Below, one piece after another: positions 12,892 to 26,109 of a stretch of 64,000 nt of DNA. The notes beneath the pieces were generated by a model. It searched no databases and was not told where the DNA came from. It was given only the letters and a program-made list of their open reading frames with translations. Each line of letters begins with the position of its first letter. Within the stretch, counting starts at the first letter, position 1. Location of the stretch: the NCBI RefSeq assembly GCF_006345805.1, contig NC_043020.1, positions 28,830,001 to 28,894,000 of the forward strand, given 5' to 3'. Origin of the DNA: Octopus sinensis. Taxonomy: Eukaryota. The position numbers were made by a program, and so were the translations under genes.

Positions 12892-13843
12892 ATGAATGAA
12901 TAGTGTAAGATATGGATTTGGAGAATCCTGTGGCTATCAAAGAAAGCTCCTCTTGTGGATTCAATATATATAAAAAGTACTGAAGGTTGATCCCAAAATG
13001 CTGACCCTTATGAAGGAGACGACAGAGGACCTAGATATGTGTCACATTGCCATACTTGAGAAGACCTGTCCACTACAACGGAATTGAGGTCCTAAACTCA
13101 AGGTGCCACGTAAAAAGCACTAGTGTGGGTGCTGGTGTCATGTGAAAAGCACCCAGTACACACTGTAAAGTGGCTGACATTTGGAAGGGCACCCAGCTGT
13201 AGAAACGGGGTCAAAACAGACTATGGAATTTGGTGTGACCTCTGACCTTGCCAGTTCCTGTCAAGATCTCCAGCCTATGCCAGCATAGAAAACGGACATT
13301 AAATGTTGATGATGATGATGATGATGCATATAAAAAGTATATATTTATATCAAAATATGTATTTATTTATAAATACGAGTGTGTATGTGTATGTGAAATA
13401 TGCACACACACACATGCACACACATATACATATATATTTAGAAAGAGGAAGACAGAGGCAGGAGAGGAAGGGGTAAAAATATAAAGAAAACAAGATGAGG
13501 TGGTGGTGGTGGTGGTGGTGGGGAAGTGTAAAAAAAAAAAAAAAGGCCAAAATTTCTACATCACCAATACACACCTGCTTACATGCCAAAGGGGTGGTGC
13601 AGAGATGGCCACATCCTGTGCCGAGTCTGTGAATAAGTGCACGGAAATGTTGGCGAATTCTAAACCGACAACTGGTGGGGAAGACATAATGAGAAAAAGC
13701 AGAAATAATTATAAAATGAAACAAACCATGCAAAAATATGTGTGTGTGTGTGGTGTGTGTGTTAATGTGAGTGTTAATGTAAAATTCTATATATGTATAT
13801 ATGTGTACATATGTATGTGTGTGTGGTGTGTGTGCGTAGATAT

Positions 13844-13896
<53 letters not shown>

Positions 13897-13899
13897 CAT

Positions 13900-14088
13900 G
13901 TTGAATCGTTAGCTCCTACACGCATTTTTTTCTCTCCTTGTTTTTCTCTGTGTATCTTTCTGTCGAAGAGCGTAGGCTCGAAATGTAAAAGACTTGTTCT
14001 ATTTCTATTCCTGAGCGCCATACTAATACATTTGTTTGATTGTACTCCACCTGCCTTCGTCTTTTGTTTATTTTCATAAACCTTCCCG

Positions 14089-14092
<4 letters not shown>
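13900..14092 (+). mobile_element. Penelope-like tail repeat between TA runs
   Basis: Homologous to 62810-62990 and 21730-21833; carries a hammerhead-like motif. Confidence 0.6.
13955..13992 (+). ncRNA. Hammerhead-like motif, non-canonical CUGUCGAA core
   Basis: UCUUU-CUGUCGAA-GAGC(GUAG)GCUC-GAA-AUGU-A-AAAGA; stem I 5 bp, stem II 4 bp. Confidence 0.5.
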
Positions 14093-14125
<33 letters not shown>

Positions 14126-14491
14126 ATCATTGCCACCATTTAATGCCTGTTAATCATGCTGGCATGGATTAGATAGTTTGACAGGATCTGATGAGCTACT
14201 TGAGGCCTCCAATGTCAGTTTTGGCAGAGTGTCTAAGGCAGTGCATGTATATATGTGTGTGTGTGTGTGTGTCTTTGTGTGCATATTAATATGTAGTGTA
14301 GAACTTCGTTACATTCTATGGAATACTCAACCACGTAGATGTTAATTCAGGGGCAGATAATCTAGCTGAATCCTCATCATTGAATGGCAGGCATCCACCA
14401 CTAACATATAACTGTGTGTGTATGTGTGTGTGTTAGTGTATACTTCACAATATGTATGCATGTCTATTAGTGTAAACTCACTATATATATA

Positions 14492-14768
14492 TATTAGAAG
14501 AAATGAGGTACTCAGAAATCTGGATGGTTTTATATTTACAGATATTTATTTGTATATTATATGTTTTTATAAATCCTATATCATATATCAGCGCTTTCGT
14601 CCATTCTAGTGGAGTCTTCAAGTTGAACTGACTCCACTAAAAGACTCCACTAGAATGGACGAAAGCGCTAATATATGATATATGATTTATAAAAACATGT
14701 AATATACAAATAAATATCTGTAAATATGAAACCAATCCAGATTTCTGAGTACCTCATTTCTTCTAATA
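14492..14768. mobile_element. Fold-back element (~127-bp inverted arms)
   Basis: tattagaagaaatgaggtactcag…gagtctt pairs with aagactcc…gagtacctcatttcttctaata. Confidence 0.85.
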
Positions 14769-15139
14769 CATAATACCTGTACATCATCTCCAAACCTTCT
14801 AATATATATATATATATATATATACATGCACACACACACACATACATATATATACACATACACAAACACACAGACACATACAAATACACACACATTAGTG
14901 TAAAACTCATAGTACATAGATACACAGTCTCAACACATATATACATTATTTTTTTTCCCCATTGCTTTCAAGAGAAGGGACACTGGCAATTGGTAACAGG
15001 GATAGTTTCCGAGTTGAAATTCAAGTCAGAGGTAAGTCCAATGTGGAATATAGGGGTGTGAAGGATGTTTGACAAAATGGCAAGGTGAAGGCCTCACAAT
15101 GAAGGATTATAAATCATGCTTGCTAGAGGTCATGGGATG

Positions 15140-15365
15140 TCATCATCATCATTTAACGTCCGTTTTCCATGCTGGCATGGGTTGGACGGTTCAACCGGGG
15201 ATCTGGGAACCAGAAGGCTGCACCAGGCTCCAGTCTGATCTGGCAGTGTTTCTACAGCTGGATGCCCTTCCTAATGCCAACCACTCCGAGAGTGTAGTGG
15301 GTGCTTTTTACGTGCCACCGGCACGGAAGCCAGTCAAGGCGGCGCTGGCATCGGCCACGTTCAGA
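15140..15365 (-). mobile_element. SINE family B
   Basis: catcatcatttaacgtccgttttccatgctggc… with one internal ggtgctttttacgtgccaccggcac module. Confidence 0.85.
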
Positions 15366-16140
15366 TGGTATATTTATGTGGTTGGATTTAGAAGTGACAT
15401 CGTTAATCCTGATAAATCCTAATTTGAATAAAGTTGATATTGCTGTTGCTGTTGAGCGTAGCGGTCTTCATCCAGTGGGAGAAGTCCGAAACGTGGATTA
15501 AACTTGAGGATTTACAGTATGTTGTAGCTTATTGTCACCCCGGGTGAGGTTGGGGGGGGGGGGAGGTCTATAATTTTGCTAAGACAGTTGCTCTGGTCTC
15601 TGCTTAGCAGAGAAATTTACCAGAATTTGCAAAAGTTTATTCAATGAATTTTGCTGGCAGAGATCACTAGTAATTAACGATTGCACCATTAATATTTCAG
15701 AAGGAATATTAATTAGTAGACAATTAGCAATGGGTCAACCAACTAATTGATTTAATTGACTAGATAGGTCAACTGGAAATAGTGGAAGTGTGGGAAGAAA
15801 CTTCTGGCTCCAAACTGTCGAATTGGTTTAAATATAAAAGCAGTTTGATCAGATATTTTTACACTTATTATTATTATTATTATTTTCCTTCACAGCTTTG
15901 CATGTTTTTTGCAAGTTTACATCACAACCTTGTGGTTCCAGGTTCAGTCCCACAGTGCTGCACCTTCAGCAGGTGCCTTCTACTATAGTTCCAGGCTGAC
16001 AAATGCCTTGCATGTGACCTTAGTAGACAGAAACTGTGGAAGCCCATTGTGTGTGTGTGTGTGAGTGTGTATGTATGTGTATACACACATACACACACAT
16101 GCATATACATGTATGTATAGATATATATGTATATATATAT

Positions 16141-16310
16141 AGGCGAAGGAGTGGCTGTGTGGTAAGTAGCTTGCTTACCAATCGCATGGTCTCGGGTTCA
16201 GTCCCACTGCGTGGCACCTTGGGCAAGTGTTTTCTACTATAGCCTCGGGCTGACCAAATCCTTGTGAGTGGATTTGGTAGACGGAAACTGAAAGAAGCCC
16301 ATCGTATATA
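16141..16310 (+). mobile_element. SINE family A, head
   Basis: aggcgaaggagtggctgtgtggtaagtagc…ggaaactgaaagaagccc; an older copy lies at ~15895-16047. Confidence 0.85.
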
Positions 16311-17232
16311 TATGTGTATATATATATATATAAATATGTGTAGTCAATGTCATGTTTTCTATTATCCAGCTCAACTTCCATCCATGACCATCCTGTTTTC
16401 TATTACAGAAGCAGTTTCTGTTATATCTTATCCCTCTCTCAGCTGAGTGGTCCTTGTCCAGTAATCTTGCAGGTGCTGGTATCAAGTGAAAGGCACCTGT
16501 GCCACATAAAGAGTACCTGTGCTGGAGCCACGTATAAAGTACTGGTGATGGTTACACTCTGGCATTAGGAGAAGGGCAACCAACTGTAAAAACCATGCCA
16601 AAACAACCGGAGCTTGATGCAGCTTGCTGGCTGGCCAGCTCTTTCCAAACCAAATGACCCATGCCAGCATGGAAAAACATGCATTAAATGATGATGATGT
16701 GGTAATAGGAAGATAGTGGTTGGTTTGAAGGGTATTTGGTTGCTAATGTGAGCAGATCTAGCAAAGAAAAAAAGCCCTGAAAATTGTATAGAGAGTCCAA
16801 CACTGGGTTTGATGGAGATATTAATTGTAAGAGAAGTTGCAGTTGGGAAGCATTGGAGAAACACATTTCCTTACAAGTACACACACACGATTCTATACAT
16901 GCATTTAGTCATTATACACAGGTATAACATCTGAACACACACACACACACACTTATGTAAGAGCTTCACATAACTCTTACTTCAGGTCTAAACATTTACA
17001 AACAACTCTCTCTCTCTCCCCCTCTGCACGTATATACATATGAATGTATGTATGTATGTATGTATTATTTATTTATGTATGTATGTATTATGTATGTGTG
17101 TATGTGTGTATGTATGTATGTATTATGTATGTGTGTATGTATGTATATATGTGTGTGTGTATATATAAATATTATCACTACATATGAAAATAACATTACT
17201 GTCTATCCAAATCTATCTCAGACAAACAAAAA

Positions 17233-17268
<36 letters not shown>

Positions 17269-17901
17269 ACACAGAGCCTCTCCCCAAACACTAGCAAAAC
17301 AAAAAACAATTGCATTCCTAGATCCGAGCACTGTGCATATGCATGGGGAGTAAATACCCTAAAAAAAAAAAGAGAGAGAGAGAGAGAAAATTCTGGGGAA
17401 ACGGCATTTATTTTACATCAGATGGGTTGCTGCTTATCCCTTTTGTTGCTGTTGCTGAGCTGCTAAGAACACGAAAACATCAGGATATAGAATGACAGAA
17501 ACGGTAAGGAGTGGCAGGAGGGCAACGCAGCATTTCAACTGCTTACTTCTCACAACCAAACATAGAAAGACCTGATACGTGTGAGGTGTGGTCCTGGCAG
17601 AGATGGCACATGTGCGAAACTGGTGGGTTTCCCCTGCGCTTCGTATGAGATCCTCTCTGTCGTTCTAGTGGGTTGCTAAAGTGAACTACTTAGAAAGAAC
17701 AACAACATCAGCAACACTCCCCACCACCACCACTACCACCACTACTACTACTACTATTACACACATAAATAACATCCAAAATATATTTTATGGGCATCCA
17801 GCTGTAGAAACCATGCCAAATCAGACTGGAACCTAGAGTAGTTCTGGCTCATCAGCTCCAATCAAACCATCTGACCCCAAGGCCAGCAAGGAAAGTGGAT
17901 G

Positions 17902-18072
17902 TTAACCCTTTCGTTACCAACCTGGCTGAAACCGGCTCTGGCTCTGTGGTACAAATGTTCCTAACACTAGCTTAATGATAACGAAGTTATTTTACTAAAT
18001 TCTTTGTTATATTTAAAGTAATTGAAAGAAACACAGAGCATCTCAACAGAAATACGGTAATGAAAGGGTTAA
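17902..18072. mobile_element. piggyBac-like MITE (family P1), internally deleted
   Basis: TTAA-ccctttcgttacc…ggtaatgaaaggg-TTAA. Confidence 0.8.
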
Positions 18073-19834
18073 ACAAAGATGAAAATGAGCCCTGGAGATA
18101 AAATCATTACGGGGGTGGGTGTGTCTCTCTCTTTCTCTCTCTCTCTCTCAGCTACCGTATCCAGCAAAACTGTCTAATTAAAATCAGCTCTTCCAGTCAT
18201 TATATTCATCAACCATTGATATTTCCCTCTAAAATAGACTCTTCCAATCAATATATATAAATTGGAAACATCTAAAAATTGATCTGAAGGGGGGATAACG
18301 TAGTGGGTAGTGAGAAAAAGCACTCATTTGCTCTTTTACTGGTCTCAACTAGTGGACTGTGGCCATGCTGGGGCTTCACCTTGACAGGTTTATTTATTTA
18401 TTTGATCAAATTGGCCCTATTAGCTATTTTCAGTCTATATACATATTTGTGTGTTTGTGTTTGTTACCCCACCACCGCTTTACGACTGATGTTTGTGTGT
18501 TTACGTACCCATAGCTTAGCGGTTTGGCAAAAAAGACCAATAGAATAAGTACTAGGCTTTCAAAGAACAAGTCTTGGGGTCGATTTGTTCGACTAAATGT
18601 GGTGCTCCAGCATGGCCGCAGTCAAATGACTGAAACCAGTAAAAGAAAAATTACGGAGCCATTCCTGTACTTATCACAAATGCATTTAGAAAAACCTTAT
18701 CAATTGTAAATGACAAAAATGACAGGAAATTTAAGCAAAAATGGTTTTATCTATGGCAAATGGCTGTATTAATGGATTTATTGTACTATGGCACTCTTTT
18801 TATCAATAGACACTTTGAATGTGGTTATCAGAATTTAAATGTAAAATCTTGATTAGAAGGTGCTTTGTCAGAGGAATTAAAAGCATTCTGAAATTTAATC
18901 CCCACGATTCACTTGTCTGAAGTGCTGTGGATCAAATTCAAGGATTACACTTGAAATAATGATGCCAAAACTTGCAGTTTCCTATTTCTCTAGAGTAGTT
19001 TCAATGAATACTTGATAGTCCAATGATGGAGGTTTTGGGAAGTACTCAACAATGTGACTCATTCAATGGAAAATGTGTCCAACTAACGGTCCACCAATCC
19101 TTGGCAATGACCAGGCAGAACCGTTAGAGAATGGGGAAAAAATGCTTTGTAATATTAGTTCCTGCTCTTTGTATCCAGCCGTAGAAACTCTGCTAAACCA
19201 AACTGAAGTCAGGTGCAGCTCCCCAGCTTGCCAGCTCTGGCCAAACCGTCCAACCCATGCCAGGCATGGACAACGGATGTTAAATGATGATGATGATGAT
19301 ATATTCGACAGGGTAAACTGAAGGGCAAAGGGTCGAGGGAGCACACTACTGCTCAGTACTGAGTGGCACGTTCTGTTCTTGAGCAAAACACTTCCTCTCT
19401 CATTGCTCCAGTCTGTTCACCTGTAAATCAGTGAAGCTGCAATGGACTGGCATCCTGTTGAGGCGAGGGGCAGAAATGTGATCTCGGTCTAGGTAACTGA
19501 CCCTGTGAGCCCTAAGACTCACGACAGTAATGTAATGCGTGATTTGGTTAGCCAACTTCAAATCATTTTCTTTGATCTGCTCCTTCAAAGAGAGCAAGTC
19601 TTGATGAATAATAGAGTAAAGTTGTTTACTCATAATCTACAATCAATGCATTAAAAACTGAGTTAATAATAAGTCTATGCTCTATTTAACCAGGAATTTT
19701 TACAACACTAAGCGCTTTGTTGAGATTTAGCAAAGCTAATAATCAAAACTAAACCAGTATGTTTGCAGGAAATTAAACGAAATAAATGATTAATCATTCG
19801 TTATAATTTAAAACAAATCTAAACCAAATTGTTT

Positions 19835-20068
19835 CAATCCTTTTGATACCAACCCAGCTGAAACCGATTCTGGCTCTGTCTGTAGTATAAATGTCTTGTT
19901 TACATAAGTTCTGAATTAAAATCTTCCACCAAACCTTAAGTCACAATTTATGTTCCTAACACTAGCTGAATGATAACTAAGTTATTTTACTAAATTCTTT
20001 GTTATATTTAAAATTAATTGAAAGACACACAGAGCATCTCAACAGAAATATGGTAACAAAAGGGTTAA
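19835..20068. mobile_element. piggyBac-like MITE (family P1)
   Basis: tcaatccttttgatacc…ggtaacaaaagggTTAA. Confidence 0.8.
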
Positions 20069-20091
20069 AATATATAATAGAGAAACGATTC

Positions 20092-20320
20092 TTAACCCTT
20101 TTGATACCAACCTGGCTGAAACCGTCTCTGGCTCTGAGTACAAATGTCTTGTTTTCATAAGTTCTGAATTAAAATCTTCCACCAAACCTTAGTCACAATT
20201 TATCTTCCCAACACTAGCTGAATGATAACTAAGTTATTTTACTAAATTCTTTGTTATATTTAAAATTAATTGAAAGAAACACAGAGCATCTCAACAGAAA
20301 TACGGTAACAAAAGGGTTAA
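20092..20320. mobile_element. piggyBac-like MITE (family P1)
   Basis: TTAAcccttttgatacc…ggtaacaaaagggTTAA, 23 bp after the previous copy. Confidence 0.85.
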
Positions 20321-21194
20321 AGGAATAATGATGTTACAATTAAATGTCAAAATGAAAAGAATGAACCTAGCTTCGTTCGATGTTTATTCTATCTTTAGTC
20401 CTTTCTGTTTTACTTGTTTCGGCCATTGGAATGTGGCCATGCTGGGGCACCACCTTGAAGGGTTTAGTCAAACAAATCAGCCTCAGTACTTATTTTAGGG
20501 GTCTCCTTTTGCTGAATTACTAAGCTACAAGAATACAAACCAATACTGGCAAGTTGTTAAGGGGTGGTAGGGGAAAACATAAACATACATACACACACAC
20601 CTGTGTGTGTGTGTATACATGCATACATACCCCACCCATACATATATATATATATACATACATATATATATATTTAAATTAGTGGGCTTCTTTCAGTTTT
20701 TGTTTACCAAATCCACCCACGTGGCTTTGGTTGACATGGGTTATAACGGAAGACACTTGCCCAAGATGCCACGAAATGGGACTGAACCAGGAACCATGTG
20801 CATGGGAAGCAAATGCCTAACCACAAAGCTATGTTGGTACCTAGATAAAAAAAAAAATCCACCTGTGCAAACGGTATGAAGGAAATTTGCTTTCGACAAC
20901 ACTGACTAGTTTTCACTGAGATCCAATAAACACATTTTTAAAACTCGTTAATAGTTATTTAATAAAACAAAAAAAAAAAATGCAAAGTGAAAGAAATGCG
21001 TACAGGTATATAGGCACAGGTATATTCTGTGTGGTTAAGAAACTCGCTTTGGAACCAAGTGAGTTCAGGTTCAGTCTCACTACACAGCATCTTCAGCCAA
21101 GTGTCTGTGTTTGCTACTGTAACCCTAGGCTGACCAGTGCCTTCCGAGGGAATTTGGCAGGCAGAAACTATGTAGAAACCCACAGTATATCTAT

Positions 21195-21198
21195 CTAT

Positions 21199-21235
<37 letters not shown>

Positions 21236-21390
21236 TATATACATATATATATACATATATATCATATATATATACATACATATATATATATACATATATA
21301 TATACATATATTATATACACATATATATATAACATATATATATACATATATATATATACATCTATATATATATATATATATATATCTCTT

Positions 21391-21484
<94 letters not shown>

Positions 21485-21540
21485 ATATATATATATATAT
21501 ATATATATAAAGATATATATATATATATATTTATAAAGAC

Positions 21541-21572
<32 letters not shown>

Positions 21573-21667
21573 TAAAGATATATATATATATATATATAAA
21601 GACATATATATATATATATATATATATATTAAAGACATATATATATATATTTATAAAGACATATATA

Positions 21668-21730
<63 letters not shown>
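21195..21730. repeat. Compound (TA)n/(GA)n microsatellite
   Basis: Direct reading; periodic aaagac/aaagat interruptions. Confidence 0.95.
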
Positions 21731-21735
<5 letters not shown>

Positions 21736-21833
21736 AGAATTCACGAAAAAAACAAAAGACGAAGACAGGTGGTGTGGAAAACAAACAGATGTATTAGTAT
21801 AATGCCTCGGGAATTGAAAAAAGTCTTTTACGT
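21730..21833 (-). mobile_element. 5'-truncated tail of the 13.9-kb Penelope-like family
   Basis: Reverse strand begins acgtaaaagact…atactaatacatctgtttg…cttcgtcttttg. Confidence 0.7.
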
Positions 21834-22423
21834 ATATATTTGTATATATATGTAAACCTAGGTGTGTGTCTTTGTGTAGGTTTGTTTATGTCCCTGTAAC
21901 AGTTTGGCAAAAGAGACTGATAAAATAAATACCAGACTTTACAAAAAAAAACAAAAAAATGGGATGGATTTGTTCAACTAAAACTCTTCCAAGATTGTGC
22001 TCCAGCTTGGCCACAGCCCAATGACCGAGACAGGTAGAAGCCAAAAGAAAAGACAAATAGCTTCTGTCCCCATTTCCTCGTGTCGGACGTGTGTTATTGC
22101 ATTGATTTTAAATATCAATAAAGTCTTCAGAAAGCTTTTAGCAACAGCTGACGTAGTTAGAATCTACCGAATGAGGTTAATAAATCTGTTTACACACACA
22201 CACACACACACCACACACACACACATACATACATATATGTATACACGTGCACACACACACATATATATATACATACAAATATACATACATATATATACAT
22301 AAATACATGCACTCGTATATATATACACACACACACACATGCATATATATACACATACATATAAATATACATACATATATATATATACACACGCACACAC
22401 ACACACCCACACATATATATATA

Positions 22424-22526
22424 TACATACATGCTCATGCTCACGCACACACACATGCAAACTAGATTTGTCTCCCAACCCTCTGACACGCATGCAAACG
22501 CATACATAGATCAATAGCTATACGCA

Positions 22527-22560
<34 letters not shown>

Positions 22561-22616
22561 GGCTGTAATAACTAACATTCGTTAACCGCATCAAGCTAAC
22601 GAGGAATTCTCTGACG

Positions 22617-22652
<36 letters not shown>

Positions 22653-22831
22653 CTTCTCACAGCAACGGAAAAGTTTCAATGAACAACTCGAATACTTACT
22701 TGCGGAATTTTGGGCAGGAAAAAGCCATTTGGTTTGATATTAATCCTTACGTTTTATGTCGAAATATATTGACAATAAACCCACTGAAAATAGGTGTGTG
22801 TGTATGTGTGAGTGTGTGAGTGTGTGTGTGT

Positions 22832-22865
<34 letters not shown>

Positions 22866-23520
22866 CTTTAAGTACCTGGGTTTCACATGTACAAATTTGC
22901 CCAACGGAACCAACCACGAGCATGTCTAGTTAAAGTTTTAAAAAAATCCATCTGGGCTGACTGCTTGGATCAACATTGAATATTTTTTACTAAATGTGTG
23001 TGTGTGTGTGTGTGATACACCTTTCAGACAACTCGTTCTATTGTCGCTGCTGATGACAATGTGGAAAAAAGGAGAATAAAAAAAAAACTACTACTACTAA
23101 TAATAATAATAGAAAGAATAAAAGAATGCCAAGTCTGTAATGATTTCATGCCAGGAAAATGTTATTGAGAAAAAAAAAAAAAAAAGAAGAAAAAATCAAC
23201 ATAAATTAATCATTGGTCTCGTTAAAGGTGGACAGACATTATGAGCTGTCATTACACTTGCAAAAAAAAATTAGGATTCTCTTTTGACACCCCATCAAAT
23301 GGAGTTCATTTATCAGGCCTGCACGCAAACGTGATCCTCCTCGGCCTTTTTTAGCTCGTTTTCACAACAGAAAAAAAAAAAGGTAATTAATTGTTTTGCC
23401 CACGTTTTAAAGAGAACAGAAAATGTTTCTCATGTGAAACAATGAGGACATACGTATTGTGTGTGTGTCCGTGTGTGTTTGTGGTGGGTGTATGTATATG
23501 TAGTATATATGTATACATAC

Positions 23521-23560
<40 letters not shown>

Positions 23561-23751
23561 CATGCTCATGCTCACGCACACACACATGCAAACTAGATTT
23601 GTCTCCCAACCCTCTGACACGCATGCAAACGCATACATAGATCAATAGCTATACGCAGACACACACACACACACCACACACACACACACAACACCGGCTG
23701 TAATAACTAACATTCGTTAACCGCATCAAGCTAACGAGGAATTCTCTGACG

Positions 23752-23787
<36 letters not shown>

Positions 23788-24690
23788 CTTCTCACAGCAA
23801 CGGAAAAGTTTCAATGAACAACTCGAATACTTACTTGCGGAATTTTGGGCAGGAAAAAGCCATTTGGTTTGATATTAATCCTTACGTTTTATGTCGAAAT
23901 ATATTGACAATAAACCCACTGAAAATAGGTGTGTGTATGTGTGAGTGTGTGAGTGTGTGTGTGTGTGTGTGTGGTGTGTGTGTGTGTGTGTGTGTGTTCT
24001 TTAAGTACCTGGGTTTCACATGTACAAATTTGCCCAACGGAACCAACCACGAGCATGTCTAGTTAAAGTTTTAAAAAAATCCATCTGGGCTGACTGCTTG
24101 GATCAACATTGAATATTTTTTACTAAATGTGTGTGTGTGTGTGTGTGATACACCTTTCAGACAACTCGTTCTATTGTCGCTGCTGATGACAATGTGGAAA
24201 AAAGGAGAATAAAAAAAAAAGTACTACTAATAATAATAATAATAGAAAGAATAAAAGAATGCCAAGTCTGTAATGATTTCATGCCAGGAAAATGTTATTG
24301 AGAAAAAAAAAAAAAAAGAAGAAAAATCAACATAAATTAATCATTGGTCTCGTTAAAGGTGGACAGACATTATGAGCTGTCATTACACTTGCAAAAAAAA
24401 AAATTAGGATTCTCTTTTGACACCCCATCAAATGGAGTTCATTTATCAGGCCTGCACGCAAACGTGATCCTCCTCGGCCTTTTTTAGCTCGTTTTCACAA
24501 CAGAAAAAAAAAAAGGTAATTAATTGTTTTGCCCACGTTTTAAAGAGAACAGAAAATGTTTCTCATGTGAAACAATTGAGGACATACGTATTGTGTGTGT
24601 GTCCGTGTGTGTTTGTGGGTGGGTGTATGTATATGTAGTATATATGTATACATACATATTATATATATATATATATTATATATATATATA
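22424..24690. repeat. Tandem duplication, two ~1.13-kb units (22424-23554, 23555-~24690)
   Basis: Near-identical unique sequence at an offset of 1131; differences are mostly homopolymer and microsatellite lengths. Confidence 0.95.
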
Positions 24691-26109
24691 ACATTTGATT
24701 TATTATCTAATAAAAAATATATATATATATAGATACCATTTGATTTATTATCTAATAATATATATAAATATGTATATATGTATGTATGTATATTTGTATG
24801 TATATGTATATATATATATGTGTGTGTGCACGTGTATATATATATATGTATGTATATTTATATGTATGTATATATGTGTGTGTGTGTGTGTGCGTGTATA
24901 TATATATATATGTATATTTATATGTATGTATATATGTGTGTGTGTGTGTGTATATATATATATGAGTGCATGTATTTATGTATATATATATATAAATGTA
25001 AATATATCTGTACATGTGTATACATATATACATATGAGTGTGTGTGTGTGTGTGTGTGTGTTGTGTGTATGTGTCCAAAGTACAAAGTAGTAGTGTTATA
25101 AGATAAAGAACAAGCTCTTTGCCACAACCTCAAATGAAAACAAACTCTTTGCTGTAGCCTTTTGCTGTCATGTTGGTCATTAGCTGTGTCAACAATATTC
25201 CCAGATACCTGCAGAGTGTAATTTCCCTGGGAACAATCGCTCAGAGGCCGTTCCCTCTCACTATTTAACAGAGTCTGTGGATTAACGCAAAAGAAACAAC
25301 CTTTCCAGTCATTCAAGGCAAAAAAAAACACTTTTGATTATTTCCAACGATGACTTTGGAAAGAAACTATTTCAAGGAGAGACACCATACACAGGAAGAA
25401 ATATTTGAGAATTAACTTCCTTTGTAGCAAATTCCACAAGGAATTAGTGTTTTTTTTTTTTTTTTTTTTGCTTCAATAAAATTGGAAGTTTAATTGAAGT
25501 CTGGCAGGAAATTTTATGAAAATTTGACATTTTTTAAATGACAAGAGGAAAGATAAAGAAAATAAAGAAACATCTTTATGTCTTTTACTTGTTTCAATTA
25601 CACGACTTCAGTCCATGCTGGAGCACTGCCTTGGAAGGTTTAGTCAAACAAACTGACCCCACCACTTCTTTTCCCCCTTTTTTTCTTTTAAGTCTGGTAC
25701 TTATTTTATCAATCTCTACAATAACTGCTAAGTTATGGGGATGTAAAGAAGCCAACACCAGTTGTCAAGTGGTGGTGGGGGACAAACACGTATACACATA
25801 TACAATGGGATTCTCTCAGTTTCCATCTACCGAATCTACTCATAAGGCTTTGGGCAGTGGAAGACACTTGCCCAAGGTGTCAAGCGGTGGGACTGAACTT
25901 GGGACCATGTGGTTGGGAAGTAAACTTCTGAACCTACAAAATACAGTCTTTTACTGAAGGTGTTTGATCAATGTGCTGTGAGGTCGTGGGTTCAATTCCC
26001 AGATTGGGCATTTTTTAATTTTTATTTTATGTTTTTTTTTCTTTATCTAGTTTCAGCTCACAAGCCGTGGCCATACTGGGGCACCGCCATTTGGTGTTGC
26101 TACATGATT

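Noticed and set aside
17400-17700. Exon-like unique sequence on either strand
   Set aside because: Splice-like sites exist, but the frames are short or unrecognisable; left unassigned.
20980-21744. YI/CV/HT-rich ORFs here and throughout the ORF track
   Set aside because: Translations of TA and CA microsatellites.
23051-23075. CTGATGA…GAAA hammerhead core (duplicated near 24.18 kb)
   Set aside because: No stem I or stem III and no NUH site.
25094-25268. 57-codon open frame with a hydrophobic stretch (KLFAVAFAVMLVISCVNNIPRYL) resembling a GPCR helix
   Set aside because: Bounded by stops, no convincing splice sites and no neighbouring exons.
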